64,000 bases of DNA from a virus (lineage: Duplodnaviria; Caudoviricetes): IMG/VR virus record IMGVR_UViG_3300028412_000003; one strand, written 5' to 3'. Under the pieces are notes generated by a model, which worked only from the letters and a program-made list of their open reading frames with translations, ran no database searches and was not told where the DNA came from. The translations under genes and the position numbers were made by a program. Below, in pieces: positions 46,286 to 55,785 of this stretch (positions are counted from its first letter, which is position 1; each line of letters begins with the position of its first letter).

Positions 46286-47377
46286 TTATATTCCAGCAAG
46301 TCTACGCAGCTCTACCACGTTCTCATTGCTTGTACTACGTTTGTCATTTAATTCTCTGTTGCCTGTTACTGATGTGCCTTCATTAAGTTGTGCCTTCTGC
46401 TTAGATGGACCTTTCCCTTCGTTTACAACGGAAGGAAGATATCGTTCAAATGATGCTTGTAGCTTCGGAGTTTGAACACTTTCCAATAAGTCTTTCATTA
46501 TTTCTCGCTGTTCACGTCCTAATGGAGCAATAAGCTCATTAATGGTGTCTTTACGCGACTGAGATTCAACTAACATTTTCTTCTCATTTGCCGCAGTTTC
46601 TACGAGATTCTTTGCCTTCGCCGCAAATGTACGAGCTTCTGCAAGTTGCTTATCCTTAACGGAAAGAACCTTCATAAGTTTAGCCGTTTCTGACTTCTCA
46701 TTTAGATAGCTTGTATTGTATTCGCTTGAAAATGCTTCGAATATTTTACGACCAAAGTCGTTCTTACGCGCAATATGGATGTCTTCCTTAAGCTGTTTAA
46801 TTTCGCTCTGTAGTGTCTTTGCAGTAGTTTCTGCAACCAATTTTGCGCTTCTTTCAATAAAGTTGTTCTTAACTTTGTTGAAGTGTGCCTTGCCCTCTCG
46901 GACTAGACGAACCTTAGTTTCTGCAAGGTCCTTTTTGTCTTCATAAAATTCTGCTATTTCTTTAGCAAGAGATTCAACAACAAACTCTTCTAACTTTGCG
47001 AAGTTATCAGCAACAAGTTTCTGGTCCTCGTGGAGGTCCTTAATTTCTTCTGATAATTGCTTGGTAACAAATTTCTGCATCAACTTTGCATTTTCACGCA
47101 TTGCCACCGCATATTTTGCCTTTGCTTCAGCAAGTTGTTCACGATCTTCTTTAAGTTCAGCCATCTCTACAGATAGACGTTCCTCAAGCATTGATTCAAT
47201 TGCTTCAATCATTACTTCTTTGTCGTGTTTGTACTTCTTTGCAAATTCTTCGCGAAGTTCACCTGTTACGCTAAGACGATTTTCTTTCACCTTTGCGTTC
47301 CATGCTTCTTCGATCTCGCTCTTGATTTCTTCAGAAACAACATTGTTTTCGAATAGTGTTTTTAGTGCATCCAACAT
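46286..47377 (-). CDS. gp22: Prohead core scaffold protein
   Basis: Coiled-coil Glu/Lys-rich protein between protease and capsid genes; GRKIFEAF; C-terminal ELRRLAGI. Confidence 0.85.
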   Translation of the reverse strand: MLDALKTLFENNVVSEEIKSEIEEAWNAKVKENRLSVTGELREEFAKKYKHDKEVMIEAIESMLEERLSVEMAELKEDREQLAEAKAKYAVAMRENAKLMQKFVTKQLSEEIKDLHEDQKLVADNFAKLEEFVVESLAKEIAEFYEDKKDLAETKVRLVREGKAHFNKVKNNFIERSAKLVAETTAKTLQSEIKQLKEDIHIARKNDFGRKIFEAFSSEYNTSYLNEKSETAKLMKVLSVKDKQLAEARTFAAKAKNLVETAANEKKMLVESQSRKDTINELIAPLGREQREIMKDLLESVQTPKLQASFERYLPSVVNEGKGPSKQKAQLNEGTSVTGNRELNDKRSTSNENVVELRRLAGI

Positions 47378-47391
47378 ATGTTTCTCTCCTT

Positions 47392-48030
47392 TTATTGGAG
47401 TCCCCTGATCACATTGATCAGCGATTCTTTAAGATACTTCTGTGCCTTTGGGTCGTTCATTGTTGCCTCTGCGAGTCTAAATGAGGCGTATCCGCCTTTT
47501 GTGTTCATTAAATGCTCGTATATTGGTGTCGGGTATGCGCCCGGCGCGCTAGGTTGTGCAACGATGTCAACGGTGATAATCTCAAAACCTGAGACCTCAC
47601 CGTTGCCATCTTCACTTACATTTCCACTACCACGAGATGAAACTCCTAACTTAACTCCGCTTTCAAGCATTGTCTGTATTAGTTTTCCCTTCTCAGTTGG
47701 TAATATTTTTAGTTTACCATAACCGTTTGCTTCATCCATCCACATTCCTGTAATCATATGAGACACTCGGTCAAGGTTTATATTAAGGCCATCTGGATGA
47801 TCAACTTCTCCGAGAACTGAATAACCTCCTATGATTTGATCGTTAAGAGTTTTGACAGCCCTACCAATTTCGTTCACAGGGTAAACTCGTTGGTTTGCAT
47901 TACGCACACCACCTTGGATACAAATACCCTTAAGGTAAAGATCCTTACCACCATTTGGATTATCAGCAGACTCAACGACCATTTTAGCTTGGTCCATTGT
48001 CAATGTCTCTCGTAGAAAGTTGTTTGCCAT
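47392..48030 (-). CDS. gp21: Prohead protease
   Basis: NANQRVYP, LGEVDHP, INLDRVSH, GVSSRGSG, DIVAQPSAPGA. Confidence 0.95.
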   Translation of the reverse strand: MANNFLRETLTMDQAKMVVESADNPNGGKDLYLKGICIQGGVRNANQRVYPVNEIGRAVKTLNDQIIGGYSVLGEVDHPDGLNINLDRVSHMITGMWMDEANGYGKLKILPTEKGKLIQTMLESGVKLGVSSRGSGNVSEDGNGEVSGFEIITVDIVAQPSAPGAYPTPIYEHLMNTKGGYASFRLAEATMNDPKAQKYLKESLINVIRGLQ

Positions 48031-48043
48031 CTATTTAATTGCC

Positions 48044-49093
48044 TTACTTCTTGCTACCAATTAAGCTGCGCTTATTTGGAGCAGTATCAGCTGCGCCCTT
48101 CTTTTCAGTGCCGTGGCCCTTAGGCATTGGCTTGTTAGACTTAGCAGCCTTTCCACCTGGTACATTTACATTACCGTGTGAATCTTCTTTCTTGTTCTGA
48201 TCGTTTAGTGCAGAACCCTTAATATTACCCTTGTTTGCTTCTCCTGAATTTTCAGTATCTGTACGTAGGATATTTTGGCTTGTTCCGCCCATATCGTTCT
48301 TAGAAGCAACAGTAGATTTAGTATTTGCACCATTTTCTGTCTTACCTAAAACGCTATTATTGTCTAGGCCACCACCGTTGATTTTATCAACGTATTCGCG
48401 CATTACTTCACCTTGTGTCTTCTTTCTTTCGGTAACTCCTTCGTCGTCGTCATCGTCAGATTCAAAAGAAAAGTCTTCAAATTCATAACCTTCTTCTTCA
48501 TTGTCGTCGTCGTCTTCACCGTCGTCGCTATCGTCATCTTCTTCGTCGTCACCGCCAAAAGTCTGTTGGTCATCGTCGCTATCGTCGCTATCGTCATCTT
48601 CTTCGTCGTCATCGCCCATCATCTTGTTAAATTCGGCCTTTAGATCGTCAAGTGCATCTTCTAAGTCAACAACTCGGTCTCCTATGTCACCGTCGTCGTC
48701 TTCATCGCCCATGTCGCCCATGTCGTCGCTATCGTCATCTTCTTCGTCGTCATCGCCACCAAAACTAACATCCTTCATCAAGTTGTCAGTTGGATCTGCT
48801 TCTACTTCAAATTCACCGAGATCAAAATCTTCTTCTAGATCGTCATCGTCATCGTCGTCTTCTTCTAGATCGTCATCTTCTGACTCATCAACGTCGTCAT
48901 CATCGTCGTCTTCTAGATCATCATCGTCTGACTCATCAACGTCTTCATCATCGAGGTCAGCTTCGAGAATTGTTTCATAAATTGTGCGAGACTGCTCAAC
49001 AACAATTTCGTGAAATAGCTCAGTAGCTCCTTCACGATCTTCGTTGACGAGAAGTTCTAGCATCTTTTCAAATTTTTGCTTGTCTGCCATCAT
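48044..49093 (-). CDS. Extremely acidic prohead core/internal protein
   Basis: Long Asp/Glu tracts; lies between portal and protease, where T4 has gp67/68. Confidence 0.6.
   Translation of the reverse strand: MMADKQKFEKMLELLVNEDREGATELFHEIVVEQSRTIYETILEADLDDEDVDESDDDDLEDDDDDDVDESEDDDLEEDDDDDDDLEEDFDLGEFEVEADPTDNLMKDVSFGGDDDEEDDDSDDMGDMGDEDDDGDIGDRVVDLEDALDDLKAEFNKMMGDDDEEDDDSDDSDDDQQTFGGDDEEDDDSDDGEDDDDNEEEGYEFEDFSFESDDDDDEGVTERKKTQGEVMREYVDKINGGGLDNNSVLGKTENGANTKSTVASKNDMGGTSQNILRTDTENSGEANKGNIKGSALNDQNKKEDSHGNVNVPGGKAAKSNKPMPKGHGTEKKGAADTAPNKRSLIGSKK
48524..48752. repeat. Three copies of a 28-nt unit at 48524, 48584 and 48725
   Basis: GTCGCTATCGTCATCTTCTTCGTCGTCA, part of the acidic DDEEDDDSD repeat on the minus strand. 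Confidence 0.85.
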
Positions 49094-49199
49094 TATCTCC
49101 TATATGGTTTATTACCTAGCAAGGCTGTCAATAATATTTAGTGATTATGAAATAATCGGGTAGGAAACAATGCCAAAAGAGGTATTTTTGGCAAAGTTC

Positions 49200-49919
49200 T
49201 TAATTTAAACCAAACATTTTTATAAATTCAGGCACTGTTATATGCTCTAAATTTGAAATTTGTTTAATTGTGGGGGGAATAAATCCCCCCTTCTCTATTA
49301 CTCTTATATATCTCGTTTGCGGATTTTTTTCTATAGTAATAGTAGTTTGACGTAACCAATTTCCAAAATAAGTTTCTTTATCTATTGATCTCTTGTAATT
49401 AGGTGTATCAGCAAATACATTATTGACTTTGTGTTCATCTGTTCCTTTAAAATCAAAACCTAATATATAAATTTCGGTATGGCCATGTCTTGTTGCTAAA
49501 TCAAGTGCAGTAGGGCCCGAACTCCATCCTTTAGAAGGATTAAAATAATTTAGATTAGAAATTTTGTCATACACTCGATTGTAGTTAGTCCAAACACGAC
49601 CATTATTCTGCCATTGAGTTCTTGCAATTTCAAGAATCATTTTTGTATCTACTGCTACGAGATAGTCTGGTTCAAAATCTCTATAAACTGCATTACAGGC
49701 ATAGATAGTTCCATTTGTTTTTAATTTAGGAAGTTCTATTGGTTTTCGAGACATCCCATTACCTAGTACAAAGGCAACTGGATTTGTAGGACGAGGTCTT
49801 TCTTTAGTTATTAACTGAAGTTCTTCTTTTAATTTTTTTTGAGTTTTTTCTTCTCGACGTTTGGCTCGTATTTTTTGCCACTCTTCTTTAGTGTAAAGGT
49901 TTTTATCAACCTTTGCCAT
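49200..49919 (-). CDS. Maf/DUF115-like Rossmann-fold protein, possible glycosyltransferase
   Basis: AFVLGNGMSR, IYACNAVYR, DYLVAVD, WSSGPTAL, IYILGFDF. Confidence 0.55.
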   Translation of the reverse strand: MAKVDKNLYTKEEWQKIRAKRREEKTQKKLKEELQLITKERPRPTNPVAFVLGNGMSRKPIELPKLKTNGTIYACNAVYRDFEPDYLVAVDTKMILEIARTQWQNNGRVWTNYNRVYDKISNLNYFNPSKGWSSGPTALDLATRHGHTEIYILGFDFKGTDEHKVNNVFADTPNYKRSIDKETYFGNWLRQTTITIEKNPQTRYIRVIEKGGFIPPTIKQISNLEHITVPEFIKMFGLN

Positions 49920-49921
49920 CT

Positions 49922-50176
49922 TTAAATTGCTGCTACTTCTCCGCCGCCTGGTGGAATTCCATACATTTGTTTAACAAAATGTAACTCCTTGGCAGCATCT
50001 TTGTCATGTAAGTCACTTGCCTTACGTATCTTATTGATTGCTCTTAGAGTTAATTTAGTTTTTCTGGTATCATCATATTTTAATGGTGATTCATCATCTC
50101 GTGGAGAATATCCATCTTGATCTTCCATCTCTGTTGATTCTCTATCAAAATAAAATAATTCTCTTAATAATGCCAT
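49922..50176 (-). CDS. Hypothetical protein
   Basis: 84 aa; TRKTKLTLRAINKIRK. Confidence 0.6.
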   Translation of the reverse strand: MALLRELFYFDRESTEMEDQDGYSPRDDESPLKYDDTRKTKLTLRAINKIRKASDLHDKDAAKELHFVKQMYGIPPGGGEVAAI

Positions 50177-50190
50177 AACGTATTTATACC

Positions 50191-51969
50191 TTAAAGTCCA
50201 GAGCCGCCGCCTGTTGAGCCGCCGGGATTAGGATCACTTGCTCCGCTACCTAATGCATCACCAGTTGCTGTACTAGGAGGTTCTCCGGAACCTGCTTCTA
50301 AACTACCTTCATCGTCTGGCATTGTAGTATCAAGTCCTCCTAGATCACTCCCAAGACCTGCACCTGTTACACCTGCTCCACGCATTTCTGCATCAGCATC
50401 AGTTGGATATGGTTCTAAGTTTTCTTCGTTCTCTTCTTTCCATGATTTTTCGTTTTTAGCTATTTCTTCAGGAGTCATTCCTAGATATCTTTCCATAGCA
50501 AATCTGTTAGATATAAATGGTACATCTTTCATTTGAATAAACGTAGGTATACGAGCATTATCGAGTTCAGAAAGTCTATATGCTGCAAAGTTTTGCGGAG
50601 GTTGAAATTTAAGATTGAACATTGCTGTATCAATGTTTAAACCCTTTTCGAGCAAATAACGCTTAAATTCTGTATCAAATTCTTCAGTTACAAGAGATTG
50701 TAACCGTTGACAGTATGTATTAAACCGTAATTCTTGAATATACGCAGTTCCAACTCGACCATCATTGTATTGAGAAGCTGAATCTTCAGCACCTGTTGGT
50801 AGATATGAACTAGGAATTCTTAAACCACGTATCATTTTATTAGTAAAGTATCTTAAATCGTCGATTTCTCCAAGATTCGTTCCTCCTGGTAACGTTTCGA
50901 CCTTAGAGCCTCTTCCTTCTGCAGTTTGCGGAAAGTAGTAATCTTCATTAATGGATAAAGGGTTATAGGAGGAGTCAATAACACTTTGTCCCCCGCCCGT
51001 TTGTGACGGTATGCGCCTTTGATGGATTTCAGTTTTGACTCTTTCAACGAACTGCATTGCCAAATGTGTTGGCATGTTACCAACATCCACGTAAAAAACC
51101 CTACGCTCAGGAGCACGCTGAACACGATATATAATGATTGCATCTTCTAATAGTTCCTTTTGCTTGTATACTTTGAATATAGTTTCAAGCAAAGAATTCC
51201 CAAACGGAAAATTATTATCTAAACCTTCAGATAATGATAAATGAACCATATGTTCCGCACCTATTGATACTTCGCCCTCTTCTAATTGATATCTTGAACC
51301 GCCACTTTGTTTATTTGGGGTTCCTACCATTCCATAAGAATTACCTTTTTGATAACCTGATGGACCTCCAGCACCTGTTACATTACCACTTGTTTGTAAA
51401 GGGGTGGTAGCAACAAGATGTTTGAAATTTAAATTTACGTCTTTAACAATATATTGTTCTGGTTCTTTACCTTCAGACTCGTTAACAATAATTCTTAATA
51501 CTCTTCCTGGGTCAACATGAAACCATTTTTTAGTTTCTGGATCACGTAAGAAGAAAGCATCACCATTCTTAAGTATGTTTCTCATAATTCGAAACATACG
51601 TGTTTCAAATTTTTGTAATTTACACCATTGTTGTAGATATTGATGAATTACCGAAGTTTCAGAACTTGTTGAATCTTTTATAAATTCAACAGCAAATGGT
51701 GTTTTGTTGGTTTGATTCTTTTGAGTACAAAATTCTGCAAGAATATCAAGTGCAGCATTTACTTCTGCATCAAGATCCATTACGTTATACTGTCCGTATC
51801 TATCTATACGATTAGGAGCTCCGGTGTATACATCAGGAAGATACGAAGAATAATTTGAGCGTGCTGGTCCAGGTTTGGTTCCTCTCGCAAATGCTCCACT
51901 TATAGGGCTATAATTTCCGCTAGAGGTTCCATCTGTATTAACGGGATTAAAATATTTTTTCCAGCTCAA
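50191..51969 (-). CDS. gp20: Portal protein
   Basis: KQKELLEDAIIIYRVQRAPERRVFYVDVGN, EDYYFP, LPGG.NLGEIDD. Confidence 0.96.
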   Translation of the reverse strand: MSWKKYFNPVNTDGTSSGNYSPISGAFARGTKPGPARSNYSSYLPDVYTGAPNRIDRYGQYNVMDLDAEVNAALDILAEFCTQKNQTNKTPFAVEFIKDSTSSETSVIHQYLQQWCKLQKFETRMFRIMRNILKNGDAFFLRDPETKKWFHVDPGRVLRIIVNESEGKEPEQYIVKDVNLNFKHLVATTPLQTSGNVTGAGGPSGYQKGNSYGMVGTPNKQSGGSRYQLEEGEVSIGAEHMVHLSLSEGLDNNFPFGNSLLETIFKVYKQKELLEDAIIIYRVQRAPERRVFYVDVGNMPTHLAMQFVERVKTEIHQRRIPSQTGGGQSVIDSSYNPLSINEDYYFPQTAEGRGSKVETLPGGTNLGEIDDLRYFTNKMIRGLRIPSSYLPTGAEDSASQYNDGRVGTAYIQELRFNTYCQRLQSLVTEEFDTEFKRYLLEKGLNIDTAMFNLKFQPPQNFAAYRLSELDNARIPTFIQMKDVPFISNRFAMERYLGMTPEEIAKNEKSWKEENEENLEPYPTDADAEMRGAGVTGAGLGSDLGGLDTTMPDDEGSLEAGSGEPPSTATGDALGSGASDPNPGGSTGGGSGL

Positions 51970-54599
51970 TGTACTACTCCTCTTATTCTACCTAATGAAG
52001 TTATAATCTCTCGATTTTGTCGAGTATTCTGTTCCGTTAATATTACTAGTTTTGCCATCATGTTATTTAACTGATCTAAACTTTCTGATGAACTGTTGCT
52101 GGATCCTCCACCTAATGTTGTTCCACTTAACAGTTGTCCTGCATTTGCTTGCGGTCTTCCTCTAGGTCCTCCGCTGTTTTGTTCATTTAATTCACTATTT
52201 AATTTAGCTATTGCTTCTGTTAAATCTTCTATTGCATCTTTGTAATCAATAATAGAATCTGCATTTAATTCAAGATCAGAAAATTTTGATAAGTTTTGTA
52301 ACCCAGATGATATTTGATCAATATTCGAAGAGTTAACTGATGCAATTGCGTCTAATCCAACTGCTAATTTTTCAAAAAATTTATCTCCTAATAATTTAGA
52401 TATAATTCCACTTTTTGCTAATTCATAAAGGTTTTCTTCTAAAGGTCCTAAACTGGTTGCAACAGACAAGATCTTTTTAGAATCAAGTCTTTCAAACTTT
52501 ATTACACCTTCTGCAAAAGTATCAACTGCATCGGCTATAGTTTTAATTCCATCTGCTAACAATCCCATTGCAAAACCATTTCCAATAAAGAAAGCAGTTA
52601 ATACACCCATACCTATTGCAACAGGACCTACTCCAAATAGAGTTACAACGCCAGCTAATGCAGCTAATCCACCGATTATCCACCCACCTGCACTTAATGC
52701 TTGTTCAAGTGTAGGTAAATTACTCATCAATGCAGCAATTAATCCACCCCCTCCTGCCGATGGAGCAGTCGAAGGATGAGAAGCTGGGTGCATTGGTCCA
52801 GTATTTGGAGTAGTTGGAGATCCTGTAAAGAGTTGTGAAAATTTTTCTCCTATCAAAGTGCCTATTTCACCCCAATGTATTAAATTAAATCCATTCTTTA
52901 TTATGTCTGTTAGACCAGCAAATAAATTCTTATCAAGATCTATATCAAAAAGATTCTTTATTGAATTTGATAATGTATCTGCCAGACCTGCAAATAAACT
53001 CTTATCAAGATCTATATCAAAAAGATTTTTAATAGCTCCAATAAGTCCAAATTCTTTAATATCTTTTGTAAGATTTATAATTGTTTCTTTAAATTTCTCA
53101 AAATATCCTGATTCAATAAGGCTTCCAACAGATTCACTTATTGAATCTACTAATAATTCTAATTGAGGTCCTAACAAATTCATCAATGGAGAAATTATAT
53201 TGATGACCAATGCTTGATTTATTCGACGCAACATATTTTGAAACTTAGTTAATGCCTCTACCGAACTATTCCTAACATCAGATTCTTTTTCTGCTTGTTC
53301 AATGTCAAGTGCAACTTGTTTCTGTATTTCTTTCCTTGACATGTTTGAATATTTTGCAAGATCAATTCCAGCTGCTTGTAACATTTCTATCATTTCTGAT
53401 CCAATGCCTTGGCCGGATAATGCACCAAATGTTAATGCACTTTCTGCTTTATTAATTCCTTCAATCATATCAGCTATTGCTTCTGCTGACTTTTTATTCA
53501 ATTTTGTTTTAAATTCTTCAGTTGTTCCACCACTCTTTACTAATGCAAGATAAGATCTTAATGCTTCTTCCCCTCCTTGTACCGTTGCTGTAAATATCTG
53601 TGTCTCTCTAGTCAATGGTGGGAATCCCATAACCATTTCTTTTAATCTTGCTACAGCGCCAGGTCCTTGTAATTCAGCTTGTGCCATTGCTGTTTTAACT
53701 CTAGCTGCTTCTTCTTCACTCATATTTGCTAGTTTTCTTTGAAACATCACATCATTCTGTTGTTCTTTTTGACGATCTCTTATTGAATTAATATCATCTC
53801 CTGTTAATTTTGAAAGAGTCATTAAGGTACTAGCGTATTCAGCAGCATTTTTTGCCACTGTTTGGGCATTTTGAGAATTTAATCTTTCTCTTGACCTATT
53901 TAATACTGCATAATTGATTAAATTTTCATTTATTTCTTCAAATGTGTAACCCATTGACAGCATTTTTTCTCTTAGTTCTTCTCCCATAACGTTGTTAAGA
54001 AGTCCTAAACGTTTTGCACCTTCGGTTACTGAACCAGCTAACATTTGTAAATTTTGTGAATTTGAAATTATCAATCCTGCAAATTCATCAAGTGGTAATC
54101 TTGATCTTGCTGCTGCATCTCTAATACTATTGAGGTCGTTCCCAAAAGATGCACCTACTTTAGAAAGACTTTGAAATACTGTTAATGTTTCGTCTAAATA
54201 TCCTGTTATTTTACCTAACAAAGAACCAATTATAGGAATTTGGTTTGCAAAATCGGTTAACGTTCCGGTTCCACCTTTAAATGCATCAACCATATTAGCA
54301 AAGGTTCCCAAAGTAAAACCTACCAACGCTTTACCTAATCCCCATACTGCTCCTAGTACACCGCTTATAGCGTTACCAAAATTATCAACCGAATCTGTTG
54401 CTTCTTCTATTTCAACGCCAAATTCATCTACTTTTTTAGTGCTTGATACTATTTCTCGATTTGCAGCTTCTTGTATTTTTCGAGCATCTCTGCTAGTTCC
54501 GCCATTTTTATTAAGTGCGTCTAATAATTTTTGTAATGTAGCTTCCGAAGCAGGCCCAAGATTTCCTACTACATTTACAATTTCAACTTCTTCTGCCAC
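51966..54599 (-). CDS. Probable tail tape measure protein (877 aa, GTG start)
   Basis: Helical Ala/Gly-rich protein with hydrophobic stretches and an internal 24-aa repeat; divergent from the gp26-like gene. Confidence 0.7.
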   Translation of the reverse strand: MAEEVEIVNVVGNLGPASEATLQKLLDALNKNGGTSRDARKIQEAANREIVSSTKKVDEFGVEIEEATDSVDNFGNAISGVLGAVWGLGKALVGFTLGTFANMVDAFKGGTGTLTDFANQIPIIGSLLGKITGYLDETLTVFQSLSKVGASFGNDLNSIRDAAARSRLPLDEFAGLIISNSQNLQMLAGSVTEGAKRLGLLNNVMGEELREKMLSMGYTFEEINENLINYAVLNRSRERLNSQNAQTVAKNAAEYASTLMTLSKLTGDDINSIRDRQKEQQNDVMFQRKLANMSEEEAARVKTAMAQAELQGPGAVARLKEMVMGFPPLTRETQIFTATVQGGEEALRSYLALVKSGGTTEEFKTKLNKKSAEAIADMIEGINKAESALTFGALSGQGIGSEMIEMLQAAGIDLAKYSNMSRKEIQKQVALDIEQAEKESDVRNSSVEALTKFQNMLRRINQALVINIISPLMNLLGPQLELLVDSISESVGSLIESGYFEKFKETIINLTKDIKEFGLIGAIKNLFDIDLDKSLFAGLADTLSNSIKNLFDIDLDKNLFAGLTDIIKNGFNLIHWGEIGTLIGEKFSQLFTGSPTTPNTGPMHPASHPSTAPSAGGGGLIAALMSNLPTLEQALSAGGWIIGGLAALAGVVTLFGVGPVAIGMGVLTAFFIGNGFAMGLLADGIKTIADAVDTFAEGVIKFERLDSKKILSVATSLGPLEENLYELAKSGIISKLLGDKFFEKLAVGLDAIASVNSSNIDQISSGLQNLSKFSDLELNADSIIDYKDAIEDLTEAIAKLNSELNEQNSGGPRGRPQANAGQLLSGTTLGGGSSNSSSESLDQLNNMMAKLVILTEQNTRQNREIITSLGRIRGVVH
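52912..53027. repeat. 72-bp-period direct repeat in the tape measure gene
   Basis: 44-nt copies at 52912 and 52984 with 2 mismatches (NLFDIDLDKxLFAGL). Confidence 0.85.
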
Positions 54600-54672
54600 G
54601 CTGACGACTCCTTAATAACTGCGCATATAAATAGATATGGTATATACTAGTAGTATTTATCGGAGGAAAACC

Positions 54673-55545
54673 ATGACAATAGAAGCACAGACTGCGGATA
54701 ATCCGCTAAAAAAGTATTTTAGACAACCAAAATTGTATGTTGAACTACCAAGTCAGGGTAGATTTTATCCAACAGGTGCTATAGAAGTACCGGATACCGG
54801 TCAATATCCGGTATATTCAATGACTGCTCGAGATGAACTAACCTTTAAAACTCCGGACGCATTATTGAACGGACAAGCCACTGTTGAAGTTATTCAATCG
54901 TGTTTTCCTAATATTAAAAATGCTTGGCAGATGCCAAGCATTGATATTGATGCTGTGTTAATAGCATTAAGAATAGCAACCTATGGTGAAGATCTTTCAA
55001 TAGATATTACAATTCCCGGAACAGATATTGAAAAAACATATCAAACAGATCTACGAGTATTACTAGATCAAATTAGTGTTTCGGAATACAACGAAGTAAT
55101 TAATTATAATGGTATGACAATTTACATTCGTCCGTTAACTTACCAAGAATTTACTAAACAAGCAATGAAAACCTTTGAAGAACAACGTATCATTGCAATG
55201 GTAAACAATGATAATTTAACCGAAGAGGATAAATTGGTAAAATTTCAACAAAGTTTTGCTAAATTAACTGATCTTACGGTAGCTGCGGTTACTCAAGGTA
55301 TATACAAAATTGAAGTTGATGGAGAAGTTGTAAGCGATACTGCTTTTATATCTGAATTTATTTCAAACGCGGATAGCGGGCTCTATACAGCCGTAACTGA
55401 TCATTTAGAAAAGCAAAAAGAAAATTTTTCAATTAAACCATTGACAGTAACTACATCTGACGAAGAAAGAACAGCAGGAGCTCCTGATACATTTGAAGTT
55501 CCTATATCGTTTGATGCTTCAAATTTTTTCGTATCAAGATCCTGA
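54673..55545 (+). CDS. gp26: Baseplate hub assembly protein gp26-like
   Basis: VELPSQG, MTARDE, IALRIATYGE; ATG 54673 follows GGAGG (track gives 54637). Confidence 0.78.
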   Translation: MTIEAQTADNPLKKYFRQPKLYVELPSQGRFYPTGAIEVPDTGQYPVYSMTARDELTFKTPDALLNGQATVEVIQSCFPNIKNAWQMPSIDIDAVLIALRIATYGEDLSIDITIPGTDIEKTYQTDLRVLLDQISVSEYNEVINYNGMTIYIRPLTYQEFTKQAMKTFEEQRIIAMVNNDNLTEEDKLVKFQQSFAKLTDLTVAAVTQGIYKIEVDGEVVSDTAFISEFISNADSGLYTAVTDHLEKQKENFSIKPLTVTTSDEERTAGAPDTFEVPISFDASNFFVSRS

Positions 55546-55760
55546 GTTGGACTGTCGACCGGATCTTACAAGAGGTTACTAACCTTGAACAACAGTCCAA
55601 GCAACTCAAACATGAATTGTATAAATTATGTTGGTATATGAGGGGTTCTGTTTCTATGGAAGAAGCATGGGCTATGGATATAACAGATCGTCAAATAATT
55701 ATGAAAATAGTTGAAGAAAATTTCGAAACCACAAAAAAAAGTGGACTGCCTTTTTTCTAA
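55530..55760 (+). CDS. gp51-like ORF in the -1 frame, missing from the track
   Basis: RIKILSW...LYKLCWYMRGSVSMEEAW...ETTKKSGLPFF-stop; open from 55515. Confidence 0.65.
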   Translation, partial: RIKILSWTVDRILQEVTNLEQQSKQLKHELYKLCWYMRGSVSMEEAWAMDITDRQIIMKIVEENFETTKKSGLPFF

Positions 55761-55785
55761 GCAGTCCACTTTTTTATTTCTTATT

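Noticed and set aside
48400-48960. Short repeats as a possible CRISPR array
   Set aside because: In-frame coding repeats with irregular spacing and no unique spacers, leader or cas genes
48231-49026. Ser-rich and other plus-strand ORFs (e.g. 48501..48980)
   Set aside because: Antisense reading of the GAC/GAT/GAA repeats in the acidic core gene
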